A DNA stretch of 64,000 bases from an uncultured Sphingobacteriales bacterium (GCA_964474835.1 CAYYUA010000011.1:1439-65438); one strand, 5' to 3'. Positions 18,343 to 27,756 are shown, numbered from the stretch's first letter. A program made the numbers and translations. Notes: generated by a model from the sequence alone, not told the origin.

Positions 18343-20460
18343 ATGGCAAAAGTAATCGGAGTAGAACTGAGCCATCAGGATGCTCCTATACATGTACGAG
18401 AAAGTGTGGCGCTTGGCAAGGCGGACATCATGGCAGCCCTGCAGGAATTATCGCAGTCGGTTTATGAGGCTTTTATTGTCTCAACCTGCAACCGGCTTGC
18501 TATCTATGCTTACCACGACAGCCACGATCCCATAATTGATTACTTTAACCAGTTTGGCAACCTCAGGCCTTACCTTACCATCCTGGATCATGAGTACTCG
18601 GTGGCTGAACACCTGTTCTCCACTGCGGCAGGACTCAAATCACAGGCACTGGGCGAACACCAGATACTGGGGCAGGTGCGTGAATCTTACTACACGGCTC
18701 AGGAAGCAGGTACCATCGGTCCGGTTCTGCACGAGCTGGCCAAGCGTGCTATCCGCACAGGGAAGCGCGTCCGGGGCGAGACGGCTATTGGCCAGACCCC
18801 TGTCTCCCTTTCCTCAGTAGCATTTGACCTGATAGAGCGGGAATACACCAACCTTTCGGACGCACGGGTCATGGTTATTGGAACCGGAGAGATGGCTTCC
18901 CTGCTGCTCAAGATTCTCTATAAGCACAGGCCGGGCAAGGTATTGATAGCCAGCCGTGGGCAAGAACGGGCAGATGAAGTGGCTCGGCTGTACAAAGCAG
19001 AGCCCATCACCTACAGTGAGATCATTCCTGCACTCAAAGATGTTGAGGTGGTGATCGGGGCCTCGGATGCGGAAGAGCCTATCCTTTCCCGGTCGATGCT
19101 GGAAAATGCTGACATCCGGCACCCACTGACGCTAATAGACCTGGCCATCCCCCGCAACTTCAGCATGGACCTCAGCCAGCTGCCTTCTTTCTCGGTATAC
19201 GATCTGGACAGGCTCAAAGACCTGACGCAGCGCGGCATGAAGAACCGGAAGCAGGAGATCCCGCATGCCAACGCTATCATTAAAGAAGAGGTGGAATCGT
19301 ACGAGGACTGGCTGAATACAAACCGCCTGAACCCGGTTATTTCCAATTTTTACCAGAACCTGGAGCAGATCAAGCAGGAAGAGCTGGCCTGGGCCAAGCC
19401 AAAGCTTGGAGAGCTGGACGATCAGCAGGAGCGCATCCTGGAAAAAATGGCCCACCGGATCCTGCGAAAGGTCTCCAATGATCCGATCCACACGCTGAAA
19501 TCTTACAGTAAGGAACCGGACGAGCACAAAAGCGAAATCGCCACCTTTCAGGATATCTTCAACCTGAAGGATGTCTACATCAATATCCCTAAAAAGCGCA
19601 TCATTGTTGGTACGCGGGGGAGTAAGCTGGCAATGGCCCAAACGAACATGGTGCTAAAACACCTTCGGGAGGTAGCGCCGGATTATGAATTCGTGACCAA
19701 GCCGATCAAAACCAGTGGCGACCGGGGTAATACGCAGACCATCGGAGCTTTTGTGAAGGAAGTTGAACTGGCCCTTCTGGATGAAGAGATCGATATTGCA
19801 GTTCACAGCTATAAAGATCTACCCACGAAGCTGCCGGAAGGATTAGCTATTAGCGGAGTTCCACAGAGAGGTGACGTAAGGGATGTGCTCATATCCCGCG
19901 ATAACGTGAAGCTTGAAGACCTGCCCAAGGGCGCTATTGTAGGAACCAGCAGCCTGCGCCGGGCCATCCAGATCTACCATGCCAACCCTGGCCTGAAGAT
20001 CAAGCCGATCAATGGCAACATCAACACGCGCATGGGAAAGATTGATAGCCGTGAGGTAGATGCGATCTGCATTGCCGCTATTGGCCTGCAGCGCATCAAC
20101 ATGTTCGACAAAGCCTCTCAGCTATTTAACTACTCAGAGATGGTGCCTGCAGTAGCCCAGGGCGTTCTGGCTGTGGAAACCCGCGATAATGACCGCGAGA
20201 TGAAGAAGCTGGTCAGCCAGATCAATGATCCGAACACGATACGGGCCACACAGGCCGAACGCACTGTTCTGGTAGCCCTTGGCGGTGGCTGTCAGCTACC
20301 ACTGGGCGCCCACGCCCGCGTGCATGGCGATCAGATCACCATTGACGGGATCTATGGCAGAGAAGATGGCTCTGCTATGAACCGGGACCAAGTAACCGGA
20401 CATGTAGACGAAGCCGAAAACCTGGGTAAGATCCTGGTCGATAAAATCGGGCACTTTTGA
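18343..20460 (+). CDS. hemA/hemC: Fused glutamyl-tRNA reductase (HemA) and hydroxymethylbilane synthase / porphobilinogen deaminase (HemC)
   Basis: Residues 1-~410 match HemA (STCNRLAIY active-site Cys region, NADPH-binding GTGEMA). Residues ~413-705 match HemC (RIIVGTRGSKLAMAQ, dipyrromethane cofactor region). Single uninterrupted frame. Confidence 0.85.
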   Translation: MAKVIGVELSHQDAPIHVRESVALGKADIMAALQELSQSVYEAFIVSTCNRLAIYAYHDSHDPIIDYFNQFGNLRPYLTILDHEYSVAEHLFSTAAGLKSQALGEHQILGQVRESYYTAQEAGTIGPVLHELAKRAIRTGKRVRGETAIGQTPVSLSSVAFDLIEREYTNLSDARVMVIGTGEMASLLLKILYKHRPGKVLIASRGQERADEVARLYKAEPITYSEIIPALKDVEVVIGASDAEEPILSRSMLENADIRHPLTLIDLAIPRNFSMDLSQLPSFSVYDLDRLKDLTQRGMKNRKQEIPHANAIIKEEVESYEDWLNTNRLNPVISNFYQNLEQIKQEELAWAKPKLGELDDQQERILEKMAHRILRKVSNDPIHTLKSYSKEPDEHKSEIATFQDIFNLKDVYINIPKKRIIVGTRGSKLAMAQTNMVLKHLREVAPDYEFVTKPIKTSGDRGNTQTIGAFVKEVELALLDEEIDIAVHSYKDLPTKLPEGLAISGVPQRGDVRDVLISRDNVKLEDLPKGAIVGTSSLRRAIQIYHANPGLKIKPINGNINTRMGKIDSREVDAICIAAIGLQRINMFDKASQLFNYSEMVPAVAQGVLAVETRDNDREMKKLVSQINDPNTIRATQAERTVLVALGGGCQLPLGAHARVHGDQITIDGIYGREDGSAMNRDQVTGHVDEAENLGKILVDKIGHF

Positions 20461-21261
20461 ATGAGCACTTCCTCCGGGCACTACTCACTGGCTAACTGCC
20501 GGATCCTGGTGACGCGGGCTGAAGCGCAGGCTGAATCCACAAAATCAGCCATTGAAAGCCGGGGCGGCACCCCTGTTTTGTTCCCGGTTATCAAAGTAGC
20601 GCAGCGTATGCTAAAGGAGGATACCATCGGTTCATTTTTACCCCTTTCGGCCTACGAGTGGGTTGTTTTTAGCAGCGCTAACAGCGTTGATGGTTTTGCC
20701 GGCAATTTCCTCGATTCCTGGAAAGCCCTTCCACCAGAGAGCCGTCCGCAGATAGCTGTGGTCGGGACCCGTACTGCTAAAGCAGCCAGCCTGGCAGGCC
20801 TGCCGGTCGATTTTCAGCCACCAAGGGCAACCGGTTATGCTTTGGGAACTACCCTGCCGCTGAAGGGCAATGGCCCTGTCCTGTTTCCATGCGGAAACCA
20901 GGCTCGTCCGGAAATACCGGACTTGCTAACGCAAAGAGGCCCTGAGCTCCATTCCCTTACGGTTTACGATACCACAATAATCGAGCATGACCCTGAAACC
21001 GTGCAGAATGCTTTGGCAGAACCCCTGAACGCTATTCTGCTAACCAGTCCGTCCACGGTGGATGGCCTGCTTACCAACTGCCGGAAAGCTGGCGTAAGCT
21101 TGCCCGCTTCAGCTACCCTGGCCTGTATAGGGGAGACCACTGCCAGTCGGTTAGAACAGTGGAACCATTCAGCACATTTAACTCCTGACAGAAAGGGCCT
21201 TGAGCCCCTGCTCGATACCCTGGCTGCGAACTGGAATTCCGTAAGTCAGTTAAATAGTTAA
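20461..21261 (+). CDS. hemD: Uroporphyrinogen-III synthase
   Basis: 266 aa HemD-like two-domain fold (ILVTRA..., second half LLTSPSTV). Start abuts the hemA/hemC stop (TGAATG). Confidence 0.8.
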   Translation: MSTSSGHYSLANCRILVTRAEAQAESTKSAIESRGGTPVLFPVIKVAQRMLKEDTIGSFLPLSAYEWVVFSSANSVDGFAGNFLDSWKALPPESRPQIAVVGTRTAKAASLAGLPVDFQPPRATGYALGTTLPLKGNGPVLFPCGNQARPEIPDLLTQRGPELHSLTVYDTTIIEHDPETVQNALAEPLNAILLTSPSTVDGLLTNCRKAGVSLPASATLACIGETTASRLEQWNHSAHLTPDRKGLEPLLDTLAANWNSVSQLNS

Positions 21262-21273
21262 AGCTTTGTAACC

Positions 21274-21960
21274 ATGGAAAAACGGATATTAACGCACTAC
21301 CAGCTCTTCAAACTCAATCATGACTTCTGGAGCCTTGAGGAGCGGGAGCGGAAGCAGACCCTCCACAATTGGGCTGAGCACTTGCAGCAAAGTGCTGATA
21401 AGGTGTACTTTTACCAGGTGTTCCCTTCCCGTGAAGAATATGACCTGCTGGTATGGGCCAGCCAGGATGCAGACGAAACGCACGTCCCGGGGCAGTTTTT
21501 CGATCAGTTCGGCCGCTCCCTGAACGTCTTCCGCCAGTATATTGAGCCCACTTATAACCTCTGGGGCTTTACTAAGCCATCCAATTACACCAAGGCTAAG
21601 CGGAATCCACAGGAGATCGACCCTTATGACGACAGCACGCGAACAACTTATTTTGTCGTCTACCCCTTTACCAAAACCATATCCTGGTACCTGGAGAGCT
21701 CAGAAACCCGCTGGGAGTATATGCAGGGTCACATTAAGACTGGCAAGCAGTATCCGGAAATTATGCAGTTGCTGGTTTACTCCTTCGGCCTTCAGGATCA
21801 GGAGTTTGTGGTCTCCTACGAAATGGAGGATCTTTCCCAATTTTCTGACCTGGTATACGATCTTCGGATGACCGAGGCCCGCTACTACACTGAGCGGGAT
21901 ACCCCGATCATTACCGGCATATACCGCAAGCCAGATCACCTGGCCGAAATTTTTAGCTAA
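21274..21960 (+). CDS. Chlorite dismutase family protein (HemQ / coproheme decarboxylase-like)
   Basis: 228 aa Cld-like ferredoxin-fold duplication motifs, embedded between hemD and hemL. Confidence 0.6.
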   Translation: MEKRILTHYQLFKLNHDFWSLEERERKQTLHNWAEHLQQSADKVYFYQVFPSREEYDLLVWASQDADETHVPGQFFDQFGRSLNVFRQYIEPTYNLWGFTKPSNYTKAKRNPQEIDPYDDSTRTTYFVVYPFTKTISWYLESSETRWEYMQGHIKTGKQYPEIMQLLVYSFGLQDQEFVVSYEMEDLSQFSDLVYDLRMTEARYYTERDTPIITGIYRKPDHLAEIFS

Positions 21961-21973
21961 TTCTAAATACGTC

Positions 21974-23287
21974 ATGAGCATGGATTTCACGCGCTCAAGG
22001 GAATTGTATGAGAAGGCCAGGCAGCGCCTGGTCGGTGGGGTTAACAGCGGAGCCCGTGCCTTTAACGCAGTCGGCGGAGATCCGCTCTTTATGAAGCAAG
22101 GAGCGGGTGCCTATATTTACGATGCCGACAACAACCCTTACCTGGATTACGTGGGATCATTCGGCCCGCTAATCCTCGGGCACAATCCACCTGAGGTTGG
22201 TCCCCGCATCAAAGAGGCTGTGGATCAGGGTACAACGTTCGGAGCCTCTACTGAACTTGAGGTTCAACTAGCAGAACTGGTTAGCCAGGCATTCCCATCC
22301 ATCGAGATGACCCGTTTTGTTAATTCCGGAACGGAAGCAGCCCTTAGCGCCCTGCGCTTAGCCAGGGCTTACACCGGCCGGACTAAAGTCATCAAGTTTG
22401 CCGGCTGCTACCACGGGCACGTGGATGCCCTGTTGGCCCAGGCCGGCTCGGGCGTTGCTACACAGGGTCTGCCCGGCAGCCAGGGCATTCCGGAAACGTA
22501 TACACAGGACACGTTTGTGGTCCCTTACAATGATGCTGATACGGTCCGCCAGCTTTTCCGGGAATATCCCGATGAGATAGCAGCGGTGGCCATTGAGCCG
22601 GTGACCGGCAATATGGGCGTACTACAGCCGGATGAAGGCTTCCTGCAGGAGCTTCGCGACATTACGCGGCAGTACAATTCCTTGCTCCTGTTTGATGAGG
22701 TGATGACGGGTTTCCGCTACCACTTCGGGGGTGCTCAGGGCGTTTATGGCATCCATCCTGATCTGACCATGCTCGGAAAGGTCATTGGTGGGGGGCTACC
22801 GGTTGGTGCTTTTGGCGGTAGCCGTGAAGTGATGCAGATGGTCTCACCGGAAGGACCGGTCTATCAGGGCGGCACCCTTTCCGGCAATCCGCTTGCCATG
22901 ACGGGTGGCTACTACACCCTGAAAACCCTTCGCGATCAGCCGGAGGTTTACGAGCATCTTCACCGGATCACCGGCCGGCTGAAAGATGGTCTGGCAGAAA
23001 TTGCTGAGGAAACGGGAGTACCCCTACACGTCAACCAATTCGGTTCAATGCTGTGCGCTTACTTCCAGGAGGCGTCTCCTCGTAATTTTGATGAGGTAAA
23101 GCGCAGTAACCTTGAGCACTTTAAGCACTATTTCTGGTCACTTATCCACGAGGGCATCTGGGTACCGCCCTCGCAATTTGAGGCCTGGTTCCTGTCCTAC
23201 AGGCTGACAGATGCGCACATTGATCACACCCTGGAGGCCAGTCGCAGAGCCCTTAAGCAGCTTAGCGCCCAAACTGTATCTTCATGA
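21974..23287 (+). CDS. hemL: Glutamate-1-semialdehyde 2,1-aminomutase
   Basis: 437 aa class-III aminotransferase with HemL-typical N-terminus (SRELYEKA...VNSGARAF) and PLP lysine region (MLGKVIGGGLPVGA). Confidence 0.93.
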   Translation: MSMDFTRSRELYEKARQRLVGGVNSGARAFNAVGGDPLFMKQGAGAYIYDADNNPYLDYVGSFGPLILGHNPPEVGPRIKEAVDQGTTFGASTELEVQLAELVSQAFPSIEMTRFVNSGTEAALSALRLARAYTGRTKVIKFAGCYHGHVDALLAQAGSGVATQGLPGSQGIPETYTQDTFVVPYNDADTVRQLFREYPDEIAAVAIEPVTGNMGVLQPDEGFLQELRDITRQYNSLLLFDEVMTGFRYHFGGAQGVYGIHPDLTMLGKVIGGGLPVGAFGGSREVMQMVSPEGPVYQGGTLSGNPLAMTGGYYTLKTLRDQPEVYEHLHRITGRLKDGLAEIAEETGVPLHVNQFGSMLCAYFQEASPRNFDEVKRSNLEHFKHYFWSLIHEGIWVPPSQFEAWFLSYRLTDAHIDHTLEASRRALKQLSAQTVSS

Positions 23288-24312
23288 TAAAAGCCCGTAT
23301 CCTCTTAGTCGCAGCTGGTTTTTGGCTAAGCATCATGGCCGGCTGTGGCGGAGGATCGGATCAATCCGCTAACGATCGCTCGGGTGCTACCCAGCGGCAG
23401 CAGGAAGAGCTGGAACCGGCTCCTTTCAATGCTGACTCAGCCTATGCTTACATCCAGAAGCAGGTAGATTTCGGCCCGCGGGTGCCCAATACAGCCGCCC
23501 ATCGCCGAACGGCCAGCTGGCTTACCCAGACGCTACAGCGCTTTGCTGATACCACAAGTGTTCAGAAAGGTGAGGTTACGGCCTACAATGGTAAAACGCT
23601 TTACATCCGGAATATCAAGGCCGTTTTTAATCCTGAAGCCAGCAAACAAGTACTACTGTGCGCTCACTGGGATACACGCCCTTTTGCTGACAGGGATACG
23701 GTACGCCAGGATGAGCCCATTCCCGGTGCTAATGATGGCGGGAGCGGAACAGGCGTACTGCTGGAAATAGCGCGCCAGCTATCGCGTAACGATCCCGGGA
23801 TCGGGGTCAAGATCGTTCTCTTTGATGCAGAGGATTATGGCGCTCCCGAGTCGCAGCAGAAGACCGGTAGTAGCAATAAGTTCTGCCTGGGCTCGCGATA
23901 CTGGGGTAAGCGCATCAACGAGAACCGGTATTTTGCCGATTATGGTATTCTGCTGGATATGGTTGGCGCTGAAAACGCCACGTTCATGCGCGAGGGTTTT
24001 TCGCTGCAAAAAGCACCACAGGTAGTGGATAAAGTGTGGGGAACAGCTTCTCAGTTAGGGCATACTGATTACTTCTCTTTTCAGAAGACAAAGCCGGTGA
24101 TGGATGACCATGTGAATGTGATCAGGGAAGCTGGTATTCCAACTGCTAACATTATTGATTACAGCAGCCGGCGTGAGAATGGGTTCGGGGCGTACTGGCA
24201 CACTCACGGGGATAACATGGATATCATATCCCGGAATACGCTGCGGGCTGTAGGAGAAACAGTTCTAACCACGCTTTACAAAGAAGGGGAGCCGGTAAAA
24301 GCTGATAAGTAA
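23284..24312 (+). CDS. M28-family lipoprotein, glutaminyl-peptide cyclotransferase-like
   Basis: Lipobox IMAGCGGG. M28 metal-ligand motifs (HWDTRPF, NDGGSG, DAEDYG, HTHGD). ATGA overlap with the hemL stop. Confidence 0.6.
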   Translation: MIKARILLVAAGFWLSIMAGCGGGSDQSANDRSGATQRQQEELEPAPFNADSAYAYIQKQVDFGPRVPNTAAHRRTASWLTQTLQRFADTTSVQKGEVTAYNGKTLYIRNIKAVFNPEASKQVLLCAHWDTRPFADRDTVRQDEPIPGANDGGSGTGVLLEIARQLSRNDPGIGVKIVLFDAEDYGAPESQQKTGSSNKFCLGSRYWGKRINENRYFADYGILLDMVGAENATFMREGFSLQKAPQVVDKVWGTASQLGHTDYFSFQKTKPVMDDHVNVIREAGIPTANIIDYSSRRENGFGAYWHTHGDNMDIISRNTLRAVGETVLTTLYKEGEPVKADK

Positions 24313-24335
24313 CAGCAGTAAGGGTATTACCCGCT

Positions 24336-25037
24336 TTACAGCTGTGCCAAGCCCCAGAGGCGCTCTTGCTGGAGGAGCTTGACCTTCTTTCGCTCAAGCC
24401 GGATAAGGCCTTCTTTGTTAAACTCCGACAGGGTTCGTATGGCAGTTTCGGTGGTTGTTCCCATCAGGTTAGCCCACTCTTGCCTGGTCAGGCTGATATC
24501 CAGGTAACCTTCCGCTGTTTGTCCATAGCTTTCCAGCAATGAGAGCAGCGTCTGGGCTAAACGCTCCTTTACGGGTTTCTGGGTAAAATCGGTCAAGCGC
24601 TCTTCTGCCCGCTTGATATCCTGCGCCATGACCCGCATCATCTGGAAAGCCAGATCACTGTTGTTTTTCAGGAATTCAAAAATAACGTGGGCCGGTATGA
24701 AACAGATAGTTGATTGCTCCAGAGCCGTTGCTGTGGCACTGTAAGGTTCCTCGCTCAGGAGGCTCCGGTAGCCCAGCACTTTGGCGCTATTATCCATCCG
24801 CACAATCTGATCACGCCCCTCATCCCCGAGTTTCGTGATTTTCACCTTGCCCTCGCTAATGCAGTAAAGCCCTTTCGGGTTATGCCCCTGCTCAAAGATG
24901 ACCTCACCTCTGCTGTAGCGCTGGGCTACTTTAATAGCATCCAGTTGTTCCCGCTCATCGTGGGTCAGCACACTAAAGATAGCATGCCGGCCAATGTTAC
25001 AGCTATCGCATTGCTCTTGTGACACCAGCTGAGGCAT
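24336..25037 (-). CDS. Crp/Fnr family transcriptional regulator
   Basis: cNMP-binding-like beta-barrel plus C-terminal HTH (TTETAIRTLSEFNKEGLI). N-terminal Cys pair (CDSC). Confidence 0.8.
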   Translation of the reverse strand: MPQLVSQEQCDSCNIGRHAIFSVLTHDEREQLDAIKVAQRYSRGEVIFEQGHNPKGLYCISEGKVKITKLGDEGRDQIVRMDNSAKVLGYRSLLSEEPYSATATALEQSTICFIPAHVIFEFLKNNSDLAFQMMRVMAQDIKRAEERLTDFTQKPVKERLAQTLLSLLESYGQTAEGYLDISLTRQEWANLMGTTTETAIRTLSEFNKEGLIRLERKKVKLLQQERLWGLAQL

Positions 25038-25171
25038 ATGGGGCTTTTTCAGAAATTAGTTAGCAATTTACAACCAATTTCCTGTGTGTAGTTCCGGAAG
25101 CGGTACTACAGCTTTAAGTGCTTTTGCCTCAGCCTTCCGAAGATTCAGCTTAAGCGAAAGGCTCACTTGGC

Positions 25172-25288
25172 TTACGAATCAGGGTTATCCTTCTCAAATT
25201 CTCGCTTAGTAAAGTAAATGCCAAGACATGCCAGAATGGTCACAAACAAACCAAGGAAGAATATGAGCAAGTCAAAAGTATCGCCCAT
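25172..25288 (-). CDS. Small membrane peptide (38 aa)
   Basis: MGDTFDLLIFFLGLFVTILACLGIYFTKREFEKDNPDS has a single TM helix. It sits 24 nt downstream of the 55-aa ORF, with a GAGGAG motif in between. Confidence 0.35.
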   Translation of the reverse strand: MGDTFDLLIFFLGLFVTILACLGIYFTKREFEKDNPDS

Positions 25289-25312
25289 AGTTCTTCTCCT
25301 CTTTTTTCCTCA

Positions 25313-25480
25313 TTATTTTTTGGTGATGATCTTAAAATAACCGCCCAGTGCAAGGATAGACGGTACCCAGATGCCGATGAAGATCCCTGCTTCTTTGTTG
25401 TCCAGTAAAAACCAGACGCTAACGGATAGTAAAAAAGATAAGAAAGCTGCTGCGAGAAAGAAAAAATCTGAACGTGCCAT
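25313..25480 (-). CDS. Small membrane protein (55 aa, two TM segments)
   Basis: MARSDFFFLAAAFLSFLLSVSVWFLLDNKEAGIFIGIWVPSILALGGYFKIITKK. Starts 16 nt after the cry-DASH stop; not in the ORF track (below 60 aa). Confidence 0.45.
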   Translation of the reverse strand: MARSDFFFLAAAFLSFLLSVSVWFLLDNKEAGIFIGIWVPSILALGGYFKIITKK

Positions 25481-25495
25481 AGGGGTGTTAATTGC

Positions 25496-26902
25496 TTATT
25501 TAGTAAACTGCCATTTCTGGTTAATGAAAACAGGGTCAGGGTAATCTGGTGCGATATCTTGTCGTTTAGCTTTGCTCAAGGTAGGCCAGTTCAACAGGTC
25601 CTGTGTGCCAACATGTGCTAATTCAGGCATCCAGCGCCTTACATAGTCGGCTTGATTGTCATACTTTTTCGCCTGCAGCACTACATTGAACTGCCGGTCC
25701 TCGCGTGGATCAGAGCCAACACCGGAGTTGTAATTCCAGTTGCCCCAGTTGCTGTGCACATCGTAATCCACTAAAAGGGATTCGAACCAGCTAGCCCCTT
25801 TCCGCCAATCAATCTGCAAGTCTTTGGCCAAAAATGACGCCACATTCTGCCGGCCCCGGTTGCTCATGTACCCGCTGTGGTAGATCTCACGCATGTTGGC
25901 ATCCACAAAAGGCACGCCCGTCATCCCTTCTTTCCAGGCCGCGAAGTGCTCAGGATTATCGTACCAGGTTTTTTCCACGTCCCACAGCCCGGTGATCTGG
26001 AAGATTTTCTTGCCGTAGCGAAGCGTCAGATACCGGAAAAAATCCCGCCAGATCAGCTCAAAGATCAGCCAGTAGGTACTTTTGTTTTTGGTAACCTCTT
26101 CTTCAAAATCTTTGACCTGTTTATGCACAAAGCGCGGGGAGAGGGCTCCGATGTTTAGCCAGGCCGAGAACTTGGAACTGTAATCAGGGCCTATCAGGCC
26201 ATTGCGGGTTTGCTTATACTGCGCCAGGTTGTGCGTGGCCCAGAAGTAATGATCCACCCGTTCCAGGGCCGGGTTCTCTCCACCCTCAAAGTGCAGCACG
26301 GCCCGCTCATCTGCTTCGGGCGGATTAACGCCCAGTTCCTCATAGCCAGGGATTGCACCCGGATCATCCACCGGTGGCATAGGCACTTCTGAGGGAGCCG
26401 GAACCGGCTCCTGAATGGTTCCGTACTTTTCGACCTTCTTACGGAAATTGGTGTATACATCCGGTGCCTGCTCCGGCTCAAAGGGCACATCTTCCGGATG
26501 ATAGAGGGAGGCATGCCAGATACGCCGGTACGGGACGCTCAGCACCTCTTTCACTTGTTGCTCAATGCGAACCTCCCGGGTGGCCACTTCCTGGCTACTA
26601 TACACCGCTTCCGCCTCAAATTGGCGGACCAGCTCAGGCAGGATGGCTACAGGATTGCCATGCCGGACTAACAGCTCACTGCCGATCCGCTGCAGGTTAT
26701 CTCTCAGGTCCTGCACGGTTTCCCGGATAAACTTGGTACGGAAAGAACCAGTGGAAATGTGACCAAACTTATCTTCCCGCCAGTACTTGGGATCAAAAAT
26801 GAAAACCGGTATCACGCTATCGTGGTGATCCAGAGCAGCTTTTAAAACCAGATTGTCATGCAGCCGTAAGTCTTGTCGCAGCCAGACGATTGCGGTTCCC
26901 AT
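25496..26902 (-). CDS. Cryptochrome DASH / photolyase family flavoprotein
   Basis: 468 aa with a photolyase N-terminal alpha/beta domain (IVWLRQDLRLHDN) and FAD-binding domain motifs (WREF, DxxxNxGxWQW-like NWGNWNY). Confidence 0.85.
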   Translation of the reverse strand: MGTAIVWLRQDLRLHDNLVLKAALDHHDSVIPVFIFDPKYWREDKFGHISTGSFRTKFIRETVQDLRDNLQRIGSELLVRHGNPVAILPELVRQFEAEAVYSSQEVATREVRIEQQVKEVLSVPYRRIWHASLYHPEDVPFEPEQAPDVYTNFRKKVEKYGTIQEPVPAPSEVPMPPVDDPGAIPGYEELGVNPPEADERAVLHFEGGENPALERVDHYFWATHNLAQYKQTRNGLIGPDYSSKFSAWLNIGALSPRFVHKQVKDFEEEVTKNKSTYWLIFELIWRDFFRYLTLRYGKKIFQITGLWDVEKTWYDNPEHFAAWKEGMTGVPFVDANMREIYHSGYMSNRGRQNVASFLAKDLQIDWRKGASWFESLLVDYDVHSNWGNWNYNSGVGSDPREDRQFNVVLQAKKYDNQADYVRRWMPELAHVGTQDLLNWPTLSKAKRQDIAPDYPDPVFINQKWQFTK

Positions 26903-27083
26903 TGCTTCGTAGGATTTGGTTTACGGTATTGCTTTCAAAACACGCTACCCAACAATTGGTTTGAGCCCGACTATGCGCGATGCCCGGACTTCTTCCTAGC
27001 TCGAAAATGGTACGGGAGCAGCACCTTTTTTAAACCTTTCCATCGCATGAGTTGTATTTTGCTGAGAAAAAACTGTTAATCCT

Positions 27084-27707
27084 ATGCTTAAACCCATCCG
27101 TACCATTGCTACGCTAATGCTAGCTGCAGCTATCACCACAGGTTGTGGTGGCGGTGGCTCGCAGAACCAGTCATCTGAAGACTCGCAACAACAGGAACGC
27201 CCGGACCAGCAAAGCAGCCGCCCTGATATGAGCGGTGGTGACAGCGAAAGCGATAGTAAAGACCAATATGCCAGCAACGACAACATGGTAGACCTGACAG
27301 ATGCTGATGGTACTGCCAGCGTGACCATTGAAACGCCTGGTGACAACATGCAGAACATGCGCTACAGCATCAATAACATTAAAGTGAAGAAAGGGCAGGA
27401 AGTAGAGGTCACCCTTAGCAATGTGGCTCCGGAGTCGGCCAGCGCCATGCAGCACAATTTTGTGGTTGTTGATCCGGATAATGCGCGCTCGGTAGCCCAG
27501 GCCGGTATGAAAAACAAAAAGAACAACTACCTACCGGAAGATCAGCGTAACATCCTGGCCAATACTAAGCTCCTGAAGCCGGGACAGGAAACCACCATTA
27601 CTTTTACCATGGATGAAACCGGCACTTACGAGTTTATCTGCACTTATCCCGGGCACTATCCTACCATGAAAGGACAGATCGAGGTGGTTGAACCATCCGC
27701 CTCCTGA
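27084..27707 (+). CDS. Lipid-anchored azurin-like cupredoxin (Laz-like), paralog 1
   Basis: Lipobox ITTGCGGG plus ~55 aa S/Q/E/D linker. The azurin domain carries the type-1 Cu ligand set (HNFVV ... FICTYPGHYPTMKG), which aligns with azurin CTFPGHSALMKG. Confidence 0.8.
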   Translation: MLKPIRTIATLMLAAAITTGCGGGGSQNQSSEDSQQQERPDQQSSRPDMSGGDSESDSKDQYASNDNMVDLTDADGTASVTIETPGDNMQNMRYSINNIKVKKGQEVEVTLSNVAPESASAMQHNFVVVDPDNARSVAQAGMKNKKNNYLPEDQRNILANTKLLKPGQETTITFTMDETGTYEFICTYPGHYPTMKGQIEVVEPSAS

Positions 27708-27756
27708 TAGTCTTCCTTGGCCTTAGTTTGCGCTAAGGTGCTTTGCCCATTCAATT

